A stretch of 64,000 nucleotides of DNA from an uncultured Actinomycetes bacterium (GTDB lineage Bacteria > Actinomycetota > UBA4738 > JBBDTT01), in the NCBI GenBank assembly GCA_963742735.1, contig CAVUMN010000001.1, positions 64,001 to 128,000 on the forward strand, written 5' to 3'. The position numbers and the translations under genes are program-made. Numbering within the stretch: position 1 is the stretch's first letter; every line of letters starts with the position of its first letter. This document shows, in pieces, positions 29,257-39,864 of the stretch. The notes under the pieces were generated by a model. It saw nothing but the letters and a program-made list of their open reading frames with translations. It was not told the DNA's origin and ran no database searches.

Positions 29257-30474
29257 TTACTTCGTGAGCCGGACCGGCAGGTGCTTGGTCCCGTTGATGA
29301 AGGTCGAGCGGAGGTGGGCCTCGTCGCCGACCTGCTCGATGTCGGGGACCAGCCTCAGGAGCTCCTCGAACATGATGCGGATCTCGAGCCGGGCCAGGTT
29401 CGCGCCCAGGCAGAAGTGGGGGCCGCCCGTCCCGAAGCCGAAGTGCTCGTTCGGGCTCCGCGTGATGTCGAACTGGTGGGGGTCGGGGAACTCGGCGGGG
29501 TCGCGGTTGGCGGCGACGTACCAGAGCGTGACGCCGTCACCTTGCTTGAGGGTCTTGCCGCCCATCTCGACGTCCTGGTTCACCCATCGGCGGAAGTGCA
29601 TGACCGGCGTGATGTAGCGGAGCATCTCCTCGACCCCGGTGTGCAGGAGCTCCGGCCGCTCGAGGAGCATCTGCCACTGGCCGGGGTTCTTGAACAGCTG
29701 AAGGAGCCCGCCGGAGACCAGGTTCCGCGTGGTCTCGTTCCCGGCCACCGCGAGCAGGAGCAGGAACGTGTCGATCTCCATGTTCGACAGCGGCTCCCCG
29801 GTGTCGCCGACCTCGGTCTCCATGAGGACCGTGATCAGGTCGTCCCGCCGCTCGGCCCGGTGCTGCTCGGCCAGCCACTCCCAGTACATGTACATCTGGA
29901 TCGCGGCCTGCTCGCCCTTCTCGGCGGTGTTGCCGAACTCGGGGTCGTCGAAGCCGATCATCGTGTTGCTCCAGTCGAGCACGCGCCCGCGGTCCTCCTC
30001 GGGCACGCCGACCATCTCCATGATCACCTGGAGCGGGAAGTCGGAGGCGATCTCGGTGACGAAGTCGACCTCGCCGTGTGGCTTGGCCTTCTCGATGAGG
30101 TCGGCGGCGATCCCGCGGATGTGGTCCTCGAGGACCCCCACGCGGCGGGGCGTGAACCCCTTGTTGACGAGCTGCCGGAGCCGCGTGTGTTTCGGCGGGT
30201 CCATGTTGATCATCATCAGCTCGACGCCGCTGCCCGGCCGCATCATCTCGGGACGGACCGGAAGCGCCCCACTGTGCGCGGACGAGAACGTCTCCCAGTC
30301 ACGGCCGGCGCGCGCGACGTCCTCGTAGCGGATCAGCGACCAGAAGCCGATGCCGTCGGCCTCGGGGTGATACGCCACCGGGTCGTTCTGGCGGAGCCAG
30401 TCGAAGCCGTCATGGGGGACCCCGCCCATGAAGTTGTCGGGGTCGTAGACGTCCAGCCGCTGCGCAGTCGTCAC
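29257..30474 (-). CDS. Cytochrome P450, CYP125/CYP142-like sterol C26 monooxygenase candidate
   Basis: MDPPKHTRLR, LAVAGNETTRN, EEMLR, FGTGGPHFCLGANLAR; KstR box upstream. Confidence 0.85.
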   Translation of the reverse strand: MTTAQRLDVYDPDNFMGGVPHDGFDWLRQNDPVAYHPEADGIGFWSLIRYEDVARAGRDWETFSSAHSGALPVRPEMMRPGSGVELMMINMDPPKHTRLRQLVNKGFTPRRVGVLEDHIRGIAADLIEKAKPHGEVDFVTEIASDFPLQVIMEMVGVPEEDRGRVLDWSNTMIGFDDPEFGNTAEKGEQAAIQMYMYWEWLAEQHRAERRDDLITVLMETEVGDTGEPLSNMEIDTFLLLLAVAGNETTRNLVSGGLLQLFKNPGQWQMLLERPELLHTGVEEMLRYITPVMHFRRWVNQDVEMGGKTLKQGDGVTLWYVAANRDPAEFPDPHQFDITRSPNEHFGFGTGGPHFCLGANLARLEIRIMFEELLRLVPDIEQVGDEAHLRSTFINGTKHLPVRLTK

Positions 30475-30483
30475 GACCGAAAG

Positions 30484-30497
30484 TAGAACACGTTCTC
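30484..30497. promoter_or_regulatory. KstR-type operator TAGAACACGTTCTC
   Basis: Identical to the 26297 site; 9 nt from the P450 start codon. Confidence 0.85.
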
Positions 30498-30537
30498 ACT
30501 TTGCGCGCAAGGCCGGAGGACCTCCCCGGAGCACGAA

Positions 30538-30573
30538 GAGAGCCCCCTCGCTCCGGAGAACGAGGGGGCTCTC
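30538..30573 (-). terminator. Stem-loop downstream of the SBP gene
   Basis: GAGAGCCCCCTCG-N10-CGAGGGGGCTCTC, a 13-bp perfect stem about 26 nt after the stop. Confidence 0.7.
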
Positions 30574-30599
30574 CCCGGGTGACTGAGCGCTCGGCCGGG

Positions 30600-31928
30600 T
30601 CAGCCTGCCGAGGAGCAGGCCTCCGTGAACTCGAACGCCTCGGCCGTCGGCCCCACGAAGAAGGGCTCGAGGACCGAGGACCCGAGCGGTGCGTCCGGGT
30701 CGGGCTGTCCGATGATCGCTTCCCGAACGACGGCCTCGTTCGGGTCGCCCCCGAACTGGACCTCGGGAAGCGCGCCCTCGTAGTCGACGGTCAGGCCGTC
30801 GGCCGCCGCGAGCAGCCCCGCACGGGTCAGGTCGTTGTTCGCGTGCGCCGCCTCGAGCAGCGACTTCATCGGGTACGACCAGATCCAGCCGAACGTGTAG
30901 CCGTCGTTCGCCGGCAGCTTGTTGCCGGCGGCCTCGACCATGGCGTCATGCGCCGCGGTGTCCGAGGCCCACGGTCCCCACGGCGACACGAAGTGATACA
31001 GCGCCTGGATCGCGGGCGCCGCCTCGCTCTGCAGCAGGGCCGGGTTGAAGGTCGGCACCGAGCCCACGAACTGACCCGTGAACCCCTGCGCCGCCGACTT
31101 GCCGACGATCTCGGCCATCTCGCCCGGTCCGGTGGCGATCACCACGATGTCCGGGCTCGCCCCGAGGATCGCGCCCACGGCCGCGTCCTGGTTGCCCGCC
31201 ACCGCGTTCGGCGCCGTCTCAACGATGTGCGTGTCGGGGTTGAACTCCACCTCGTTGGCCTCGGCCCATTCCCGAACGCCGGCCGCGGAGTCGCCGCCGT
31301 AGTCGCCCGGGTAGCCGACGGCCATGACCGTGGTGGGATCGCCGAACTCACCGGCGGCCCAGTCGAGGCCGTTCTGCGACTCGAGGCAGTAGTTGTAGCC
31401 GCTCTCCAGGATGTTGTCCTCGAACGCCCATCCCGACCACCAGGAGGCCGGCGAGGCGATGACCTCGTCCTCCTTGTAGAGGTCGAGCGCCGCGAGCGTC
31501 GTCGGCGTCCCGAGGGACTGCGCGAGGGCCAGGATCTCGGGTTCGATCTCCCGGTACTTCGCGACGTGCTCCTCGGGGTCGTACTTGTTGTCGCGGGTGT
31601 TGGTCTCGATGTCGACGTCGAACTCCCCGCCGATGCCGCCGTTGGCGTTCACCCGCACCCAGAACGCCTTCTGGCCGTCCGTGATCGGCACCGCGAGCGG
31701 CGCGAACGGGCCCTCGGTCAGGTCGGAAAGGACCCCGAGGTAGATGCAGCCACGGTCTGCGTTCTCGCTGCCCGGGCAGGGCTCGGCCGTGACGCCCACG
31801 CCGGTCTTCAGCTCACCGCCGTTGCCTCCGTTGCCGTCGTCACCCGTGCCCGACGAACAGGCCCCGGCGACCAACATGAGCAGCCCGAGGCCCACCACCA
31901 AGTAGCGCCAGCCCAGCAGCCTTCGCAT
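30600..31928 (-). CDS. HAAT-type ABC substrate-binding lipoprotein
   Basis: Lipobox VAGA-C; GVLSDLTEGPFA, VNANGGIGG, DNKYDP, SLGTPTT; GAAGGAGG SD. Confidence 0.85.
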   Translation of the reverse strand: MRRLLGWRYLVVGLGLLMLVAGACSSGTGDDGNGGNGGELKTGVGVTAEPCPGSENADRGCIYLGVLSDLTEGPFAPLAVPITDGQKAFWVRVNANGGIGGEFDVDIETNTRDNKYDPEEHVAKYREIEPEILALAQSLGTPTTLAALDLYKEDEVIASPASWWSGWAFEDNILESGYNYCLESQNGLDWAAGEFGDPTTVMAVGYPGDYGGDSAAGVREWAEANEVEFNPDTHIVETAPNAVAGNQDAAVGAILGASPDIVVIATGPGEMAEIVGKSAAQGFTGQFVGSVPTFNPALLQSEAAPAIQALYHFVSPWGPWASDTAAHDAMVEAAGNKLPANDGYTFGWIWSYPMKSLLEAAHANNDLTRAGLLAAADGLTVDYEGALPEVQFGGDPNEAVVREAIIGQPDPDAPLGSSVLEPFFVGPTAEAFEFTEACSSAG

Positions 31929-32086
31929 GCCCCCTCCTTCGTCCGGCTCCCGCTTCCCGGCAAGGTGATACCACGCCGCGCCCGCCGAAGCGACCCGAGC
32001 AGCCCGGCGGGAAGGGCATCTGATCTACCATGCGGGCGACGGACCCGTCGGGAGCCGGGTCCCCGGGGTGAAGGGGTGCATCGAGG

Positions 32087-32868
<782 letters not shown>

Positions 32869-32872
<4 letters not shown>

Positions 32873-33738
32873 AGACGCTCGGTGAGCTCCTCGGCACCGC
32901 GGTCCCGGCGCCCGGCGACGGTCCGGTGGGCCCCGTGCTTGAGGTCCGCGACGTCCACCTCGCGTTCGCCGGGGTCCGCGCGATCCGTGGCGTCTCCTTC
33001 GAGGTCGACAGCGACGAGCTGTTCGCCATCATCGGGCCGAACGGCGCGGGCAAGACCTCGCTCTTCAACTGTCTGTCGGGCGTGTACCGGCCGCAGCAGG
33101 GCCGGCTGGTCTTCCTCGGCCAGGACATCACCGACGAGAGCCCGCACGCTATCGCCCGCCTCGGAATGGCCCGGACGTTCCAGAACGTCGAGCTGTTCGA
33201 GAACCTCACGGTGCTCGAGAACCTCCTCCTCGGCCGGCACGTGCACGTCCGATACGGGACCCTCGCCGCGCTGGTCTACGCGGGCCGAGCGAAGCGGGAG
33301 GAGGTCCGCCACCGCGCGGTGGTGGAGCACATCGTCGACTTCCTCGAGATCGAGCAGTGGCGGAAGTACCCGGTGGGCCTCTTGCCATACGGCATCAAGA
33401 AGCGCGTCGAGCTGGGACGGGCGCTCGCCATGGAGCCGAAGCTCCTGCTCCTGGACGAGCCCGTGGCCGGCATGAACGTCGAGGAGACCGAGGACATGGC
33501 CCGGTTCATCCTGGACATCCGCGAGGAGCTCGGGATCCCGATGGTCCTGGTGGAACACGACATGGGGGTGGTCATGGATCTGGCCGATCGCATCCTGGCG
33601 CTCGACTTCGGCCTTCCCATCGCGACCGACACCCCGGAGGAGATCCAGCAGCATCCGGACGTCATCCGGGCCTACCTGGGCGAGGAGCATGCCGTCGAGG
33701 CCGAGGAGGTCGCCGAGACCGAGGAGGTGGCGGGATGA
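32869..33738 (+). CDS. ABC ATP-binding protein, LivG-like
   Basis: GPNGAGKTS, RTFQN, LPYG, LLDEPVAG, VEHDM, AYLG. Confidence 0.93.
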
Positions 33739-35654
33739 GCGGCGTGCGCACGGTACCGGTTCGGGTCCGCGAGTGGGCCGAGCGAAGCCCGGCCGAGGTC
33801 GCGCTGCGCGAGAAGCGCTTCGGCGTGTGGCAGGAGATCACCTGGGGGTCCTACTGGGAAGAGGTCGAGCTGGTCGCGCACGCCCTCATGTCGCTGGGGC
33901 TCGAGCCGGGTGACCGGGTCGGGGTCCATTCCGAGAACCGCCCGGAGTGGCTGTTCGCCGACGTTGGCACCGTGGCCGCGGGCGGCATCACCGTGGGCCT
34001 CTACCCGACGAACCCCGCGGCGGAGGTGCGGCACATCCTGGCGGACTCCGGTGCCAAGGTCCTGATCGCCGAGGACCAGGAGCAGGTCGACAAGGCCCTC
34101 GAGGTCCGGGCCGGCCTGCCGGACCTTCGGTGGATCGTCTACGTCGACCCGAGCGGCGTGACGACATATGACGACGCCTCGCTCCTGTCGTGGAACGACC
34201 TCCTCGAGCGGGGACGCGCCCATCGGGCCGAGCACCCGGATGCCGTCGACCGGACCATGGCCGCCGCCACCGAGGACGACGTCGTGACCCTCATCTACAC
34301 GAGCGGAACGACCGGTCCTCCCAAGGGCGCCATGCTCACCGCGCGCAACGTGAACCTGGCCATCGAGGTGCTCGTGACCTCGGGAGGGTTCTACCAGAAC
34401 CCCACGCCCAGGGACCTGACGCTGTCCTACCTCCCACTGGCGCACGTGGCGGACCGGATCTCGACGGAGTGGACGAACGCCGAGGCCGGGACGCGGGTGC
34501 ACTTCGCCGAGTCGATCGAAACCGTGCAGCTCAACCTGCGGGAGGTGCAGCCCACGCTGTTCTTCGCCGTCCCGCGGATCTGGGAGAAGATGCGGGCGAC
34601 GGTCGAGATCAAGATGGCGTCGGCCTCCCGCATCAAGCGGTGGAACTACGGCCTGTGGATGCGACTCGGCCGCAGCGTGGGCCGGTCGCTCGCTGAGAAC
34701 GGCGGGACGCACACCGTCGGAACCCGCCTCCGGTACGCCCTCGGCTACCCCTTCCTGTTCTGGCCGCTGCGCCGGCAGCTCGGCCTCGCGAAGTGCCGGT
34801 TCGCCTCCAGCGGCGCGGCCCCGATCGCCCCGGAGGTCCTGGAGTGGTTCTTCGGCCTCGGGGTGGTCATCCACGAGATCTACGGCATGACCGAGAACGC
34901 CGCGGTCGCGACCGTGAACCGTCCAGGCCGGATCAAGCTCGGGACGGTCGGTGAGGCCCACGCCGGCATCGAGGTCAAGATCGACGAGCGTACGGGCGAG
35001 ATCCTGACCCGGCACGCCGGGGTGTTCGCGGGCTACTGGAAGCAGAAGGCGAGGACCAAGGAGACGATCGACGCCGAGGGATGGCTGCACACGGGCGACG
35101 TCGGCGAGCTGGTCGACGGCACCCACATCCGCATCGTGGACCGCATCAAGGACATCCTCATCACCGCGGGCGGCAAGAACATCTCCCCGTCCGAGATCGA
35201 GAACTCGCTCAAGTTCTCGCCGTTCATCAAGGAGGCCGTGGTGGTGGGCGACCGCCAGCCGTACCTGAGCGCGCTGATCGGCATCGAGTGGGACACCGTG
35301 GGCGACTGGGCGCAGCGCCGCCGCCTGCCGTACACGACGTACCGGAATCTCTCCGAGAACCCCGAGGTGCTCAAGCTGGTCCAGGACATCGTCTGCGAGA
35401 CGAACGAGCGGTTCTCGCGTCCGGAGAACGTCCGCATGTTCCGGATGATCCCGAAGGAGCTGGACCACGAGGACGGCGAGCTGACGGCGACCCAGAAGGT
35501 CAAGCGCGCGGCGATCGCCGACATGTTCGGGCACCTCGTCGAGGACATGTATTCCGGCGGGAAGGCGCACGCGGGAGGCGACCTCGCCGAGGTGTACTCC
35601 CCCACGCGGCTCGAGGAGGACGAGGACGCCCCGGCGCCGGTGGGAGGCCGCTAG
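33735..35654 (+). CDS. Long-chain acyl-CoA synthetase inside the ABC operon
   Basis: YTSGTTGPPKG, YLPLAH, VPRIWEK, YGMTE, WLHTGD, GGKNISP, ELTATQKVKR. Confidence 0.92.
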   Translation: MSGVRTVPVRVREWAERSPAEVALREKRFGVWQEITWGSYWEEVELVAHALMSLGLEPGDRVGVHSENRPEWLFADVGTVAAGGITVGLYPTNPAAEVRHILADSGAKVLIAEDQEQVDKALEVRAGLPDLRWIVYVDPSGVTTYDDASLLSWNDLLERGRAHRAEHPDAVDRTMAAATEDDVVTLIYTSGTTGPPKGAMLTARNVNLAIEVLVTSGGFYQNPTPRDLTLSYLPLAHVADRISTEWTNAEAGTRVHFAESIETVQLNLREVQPTLFFAVPRIWEKMRATVEIKMASASRIKRWNYGLWMRLGRSVGRSLAENGGTHTVGTRLRYALGYPFLFWPLRRQLGLAKCRFASSGAAPIAPEVLEWFFGLGVVIHEIYGMTENAAVATVNRPGRIKLGTVGEAHAGIEVKIDERTGEILTRHAGVFAGYWKQKARTKETIDAEGWLHTGDVGELVDGTHIRIVDRIKDILITAGGKNISPSEIENSLKFSPFIKEAVVVGDRQPYLSALIGIEWDTVGDWAQRRRLPYTTYRNLSENPEVLKLVQDIVCETNERFSRPENVRMFRMIPKELDHEDGELTATQKVKRAAIADMFGHLVEDMYSGGKAHAGGDLAEVYSPTRLEEDEDAPAPVGGR

Positions 35655-36551
35655 GTGGAAGAGTTCGTCGCCGCCACCGTCCGGGGACTGGGGCAGGGCT
35701 CGCTCTACGCCCTGCTGGGGCTCGGCTTCGTGATGGTCTACAAGAGCACGAAGGTCGTGAACTTCGCCCAGCCGGCGCTGATGATCCTCGGGGCCTATTT
35801 CGCCTCCTACTACTCGATCACGCTGGGGCTCGGGTTCTGGGCCGCGCTCCCGCTGGCGATCCTCACGGGGGCCCTGCTGGGGGCGGTCGTCGAACGGCTG
35901 GCGCTGCGCCCCATGGTCGGCGAGCCCGCCTTCGCGACGGCGATGGTGACGGTCGGCGTCTTCATCGTGCTCTCGGTGATCGCCGGCAACCTGATCGGAT
36001 CGGACATCCGCCGGGTCGGCGACCCGTGGGGACTCAAGCAGACGAACCTGTTGGGCGCGGTCGTGTTCCAGATCGATCTGGTGAAGGTCGCCGTGGCGGC
36101 CGTGGCCATCGGGGCGCTGACCGTGTTCCTCAAGCGCACGCGGGTCGGCCTGGCCATGCGCGCGACCGCGTACAACCAGGAGACCTCCCTGGCCCAGGGG
36201 ATCCCGGTCGGCCGGATGTTCGCCCTGTCGTGGGCCCTGGCCGGGTCCCTCGGGGCGATCGCCGGGGCGTTCGTGGGCAGCGGCGGCGCCGGTTTCACCC
36301 AGAACTCGGGGTTCATCGCGCTGAAGGCGCTGCCGGCCATCGTCCTGGGAGGTCTCGACTCGGCGCCGGGCGCCGTCGTCGGCGGCCTGGTGATCGGCCT
36401 CGCGGAGGCGTACACGAAGACGTACCAGCCCGACCTGTTCCCGTGGGCCGGGTCCAACGTCGACCAGGTGGTCCCCTACGTCGTGATGTTCATCGTCCTC
36501 CTGGTCCGCCCGTACGGTCTGTTCGGGACGCCCGAGATCGAGCGCGTATGA
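35655..36551 (+). CDS. ABC permease, LivH-like
   Basis: YALLGLGF..VVNFAQ, GLAMRA, LGGLDS, RPYGLFG. Confidence 0.92.
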   Translation: MEEFVAATVRGLGQGSLYALLGLGFVMVYKSTKVVNFAQPALMILGAYFASYYSITLGLGFWAALPLAILTGALLGAVVERLALRPMVGEPAFATAMVTVGVFIVLSVIAGNLIGSDIRRVGDPWGLKQTNLLGAVVFQIDLVKVAVAAVAIGALTVFLKRTRVGLAMRATAYNQETSLAQGIPVGRMFALSWALAGSLGAIAGAFVGSGGAGFTQNSGFIALKALPAIVLGGLDSAPGAVVGGLVIGLAEAYTKTYQPDLFPWAGSNVDQVVPYVVMFIVLLVRPYGLFGTPEIERV

Positions 36552-37660
36552 GGGGCCGGCCGTCGCTGGTCACGTCGTACGCCCAGGACCAACAGACCCT
36601 CGGAACCTGGACGAAGCGCGGCTCGTTCGTGCTGCTCGGAGTCGTCCTGGCGGTCCTGCCGCTGTTCATCGACGGGGAGCTCAACGCGTTGATGGCCACG
36701 GCCTTCCTGGCGTCCATCGGGGCCATCGGGCTCAACATCGTCACCGGGTTCGCGGGGCAGGTCTCGCTGGGGCACGCGTTCTTCCTCGGGCTCGGCGCGT
36801 ACACCGCGGCGGTCCTGAACGGAGACCCGGACGGACGCACGGTCGGGTTCGGCCTCGACATGTGGATCTGGCTGCCGGCGGCCGGGCTGGTGGCGGCGAT
36901 CGTGGGCCTGCTGGTCGCCCCGATCGCGACCCGCCTGAAGGGCCTCTATCTGGCGATCGTCACCCTCGGTTTGGTGTTCATCGGTCAGCATCTGTTCCAG
37001 GAGATGCGGTCCCTGACGGGGGGAGCGGGCGTCGGCCGGTCTGCGGCGGACCTGTCCCTGTTCGGGGCGAACTTCGAACGAGGGGGTGCGCTCCTCGGAC
37101 GCGAGATCTCCCGCGAGGCGAACCTGTACTGGATCAGCCTGGGGCTGCTGGTCGTGATGGCCGTGCTCGCGAAGAACCTCCTCCGCTCGGCGATCGGCCG
37201 GGGGTTCACCGCGGTGCGGGACCGCGACATCGCCGCCGAGGTCATGGGCGTGCAGCTCACGAAGCACAAGGTGATCGCGTTCACGATCTCGTCGTTCTAC
37301 GCGGGGGTCGCCGGAGCGATGCTCTCGACCGTCACCGGCTACATCGAGCCGGGGGGCTACAACCTCTTGCTGTCGGTGCAGTACCTGGCGATGATCCTGA
37401 TCGGCGGCATCGGCGCGCTGTCCGGGTCGATCCTCGGAGCCGCGTTCGTGATCCTGCTGCCGCGGTTCGTCGAGGAGATCCCGCGCGTGCTCCCGATCAT
37501 CAGTGGCGGCTCGACCGGCGGATTCCTCACGGTCTTCCAGCTCCAGACGCTGCTCTACGGGGTCCTCATCGTCGTGTTCCTCATCCTGGAGCCGCGCGGG
37601 CTGTTCGGGGTGTGGATCCGGGTCAAGAACTACTTCCGCACCTGGCCGTTCTCGTACTGA
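36548..37660 (+). CDS. ABC permease, LivM-like
   Basis: GLNIVTGFAGQVSLGH, GLYLAIVTL, AVRDRDIAA, EPRGL. Confidence 0.92.
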   Translation: MRGRPSLVTSYAQDQQTLGTWTKRGSFVLLGVVLAVLPLFIDGELNALMATAFLASIGAIGLNIVTGFAGQVSLGHAFFLGLGAYTAAVLNGDPDGRTVGFGLDMWIWLPAAGLVAAIVGLLVAPIATRLKGLYLAIVTLGLVFIGQHLFQEMRSLTGGAGVGRSAADLSLFGANFERGGALLGREISREANLYWISLGLLVVMAVLAKNLLRSAIGRGFTAVRDRDIAAEVMGVQLTKHKVIAFTISSFYAGVAGAMLSTVTGYIEPGGYNLLLSVQYLAMILIGGIGALSGSILGAAFVILLPRFVEEIPRVLPIISGGSTGGFLTVFQLQTLLYGVLIVVFLILEPRGLFGVWIRVKNYFRTWPFSY

Positions 37661-37687
37661 CCCGACCCGGCGGTTGCCCGGGCTGAC

Positions 37688-37701
37688 TAGAACGTGTTCT
37701 A
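37688..37701. promoter_or_regulatory. KstR operator TAGAACGTGTTCTA
   Basis: Perfect TnnAACnnGTTnnA; 9 nt before the echA19 ATG. Confidence 0.9.
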
Positions 37702-37710
37702 CTTCCGGCC

Positions 37711-38505
37711 ATGAGCGACGATCCCCACCTCCTGGTCGACCGTGACGGGCCCATCGTCACGCTGACGATGAACCGCCCCGACGCGCGCAACGCGCTGTCG
37801 GCGGAGATGCTCGCCCGCCTGGTCGACGCGTGGCACCTGATCGACGAGGACGATTCGATCCGCGTGGCGATCCTCACGGGCGGTCCCGACGTGTTCTGCG
37901 CCGGAGCCGACCTCAAGACGATGTTCTCGCCCGGCACGGATTCGTGGAGCCAGCGGTTCCAGGAGGACCCCGAGCTCGCGTGGAAGGGCCTGCTCCGCAA
38001 CTACCGCCTGACCAAACCACTGATCGCCGCCGTCGAGGGCTACGCCGTCGCGGGCGGCACCGAGATCTTGCAGGGCACGGACATCCGCGTCGCCGGCGAG
38101 GGCGCGCAGTTCGGCCTGGCGGAGGTGAAGCGCGGGCTGTTCCCTCTGGGCGGCTCGACCGTCCGGCTTCGCCGCCAGATCCCCTACGCGTGGGCCATGG
38201 ACATCCTGCTCACCGGCCGGTTCATCCCCGCCGAGGAGGCCCTGCAGATGGGCCTCATCAACAAGATCGTGCCGAAGGGCGAGGCCCTGAAGGCGGCGCG
38301 CGAGTACGCGGAGATGATCTCGGAGAACGCGCCGCTGTCGGTCAAGGCCATCAAGCGTTCGGTTCAGGAGACCGAGGGCCTCCCCGAGAAGGAGGCGCTC
38401 AACATCGAGTTCAACATCGGTTTCCCGATCTTCCAGACCGCGGACGCCCGCGAGGGCGCGAAGGCCTTCTCCGAGAAGCGCAAGCCCGACTACAAGGGCG
38501 AGTAG
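37711..38505 (+). CDS. echA19: Enoyl-CoA hydratase EchA19-like
   Basis: TMNRPDARNALS, KPLIAAVEG.AVAGGTEILQGTDIRVAGE, GGSTVRLRRQIPY. Confidence 0.8.
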   Translation: MSDDPHLLVDRDGPIVTLTMNRPDARNALSAEMLARLVDAWHLIDEDDSIRVAILTGGPDVFCAGADLKTMFSPGTDSWSQRFQEDPELAWKGLLRNYRLTKPLIAAVEGYAVAGGTEILQGTDIRVAGEGAQFGLAEVKRGLFPLGGSTVRLRRQIPYAWAMDILLTGRFIPAEEALQMGLINKIVPKGEALKAAREYAEMISENAPLSVKAIKRSVQETEGLPEKEALNIEFNIGFPIFQTADAREGAKAFSEKRKPDYKGE

Positions 38506-39099
38506 TTGGATCCGCTCGCCGACGCCGTCCGCCGGCTCGTCCGGCTCTGCGTCGCCAGCGACGCTCCCCCCGAGGTCCGCGACGCGGCCGTCGCCGAGCT
38601 CGAGTCCGTCGCCGAGCGGCTCGAGGCCCACGCGCTGCGCCCCGACAAGATGCCGAGCCTCCCCGACATGCACGACCTGCAGGCGGCCTTCCACTCCGAC
38701 CCCGTCGTGGGCGCGAAGAACCCGATCGCGCCGCCCGTGGAGATCTGGGTGGAGGGTCGCGAGGTCCACGGCCGGGTCACGTTCCAGCGCCAGTACGAGG
38801 GACCGCCGGGCTACGTGCACGGCGCGATCGTCGCGGCCGTGTTCGACCTGTTCCTGGGGGCGGCCAACCTCGCCGCCGGGAACACCGGGATGACCGGGAC
38901 GCTGACGATCCGCTACCTGCGCCCCACGCCCCTCTACCAGGAGATCCTGATCGAGGCGTCCCAGATCGCCGTCGAGGGTCGCAAGACGTTCGTCGGCGGA
39001 CGGTTCCTCCACGGCGCGCAGGTCACCGCCGAGGCCGAGGGCGTCTTCGTCAGCCTCCGGGACACCCGCGCTGCGGAGTACTTCCAGAAGAAGGCCTGA
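38506..39099 (+). CDS. PaaI/hotdog thioesterase
   Basis: NPIAPP, YEGPPGYVHG, TLTIRYLRPTPL. Confidence 0.85.
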   Translation: MDPLADAVRRLVRLCVASDAPPEVRDAAVAELESVAERLEAHALRPDKMPSLPDMHDLQAAFHSDPVVGAKNPIAPPVEIWVEGREVHGRVTFQRQYEGPPGYVHGAIVAAVFDLFLGAANLAAGNTGMTGTLTIRYLRPTPLYQEILIEASQIAVEGRKTFVGGRFLHGAQVTAEAEGVFVSLRDTRAAEYFQKKA

Positions 39100-39860
39100 T
39101 GCCCCGCACGTACGCCGTGACCGGCTCCGCATCGGGGATCGGCAAGGCCGTCCGGAGCTATCTGGAGGCCCGGGGGGACCGCGTGATCGGGGTGGACCAC
39201 CGCGACGAGGACGTGACGGCCGACCTCGCCAGTACCGAGGGGCGCACCGCGATGGTCGAGGGCGTCCGCGAGCTGAGCGGAGGCCGGCTCGACGGGGTGA
39301 TCGCCTCGGCCGGGCTGTCCGAGGGTGCGCCGATCACCGTCCGGGTGAACTTCTTCGGCGTCGTGGCGACGCTGGAGGGACTGCGCCCGCTCCTCGCCGA
39401 GGGCGACACGCCCCGGGCCGTGGCCCTCACGTCGACCGCCGCGAACCATCCGGTCCTCGACGCGATCGTCGACGCGTGCCTTGCCGGCGACGAGGACGCC
39501 GCGGTCGAGGCCGGCCGCGACGCCGACTACGCGAACTACTCCTCTTCCAAGCGGGCGCTGTCCCGGTGGATCCGGCGAACCGCGGGGACCCCGGAGTGGG
39601 CGGGGGCCGGCATCGCCCTGAACGGGATCGCCCCCGGGGTGGTGGTCACGCCGATGACGCAGGCGATCGTGGACGACCCCTCGGCGCGGCTGGTGATGGA
39701 CCAGGCCGTGCCGATGCCGTTCGGCGGCCACTCGAGGCCCGAGGACCTGGCGCCGCTCCTGGCGTTCCTGACGAGTCCCGAGAACACCCACGTCACCGGG
39801 CAGATCGTCTACGTCGACGGGGGCGCGGACCTCGTCTACCGGGGCGACGCGGTCTGGTAG
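39099..39860 (+). CDS. SDR, 3-alpha-HSD/carbonyl reductase-like
   Basis: TGSASGIG, VNFFG, YSSSK, GQIVYVDGG. Confidence 0.8.
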   Translation: MPRTYAVTGSASGIGKAVRSYLEARGDRVIGVDHRDEDVTADLASTEGRTAMVEGVRELSGGRLDGVIASAGLSEGAPITVRVNFFGVVATLEGLRPLLAEGDTPRAVALTSTAANHPVLDAIVDACLAGDEDAAVEAGRDADYANYSSSKRALSRWIRRTAGTPEWAGAGIALNGIAPGVVVTPMTQAIVDDPSARLVMDQAVPMPFGGHSRPEDLAPLLAFLTSPENTHVTGQIVYVDGGADLVYRGDAVW

Positions 39861-39864
39861 CCGC

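Noticed and set aside
31943-32058. 10-bp inverted pair CCGGCTCCCG / CGGGAGCCGG in the divergent ABC intergenic region
   Set aside because: Short and almost all GC, so plausibly chance; no supporting regulator nearby.
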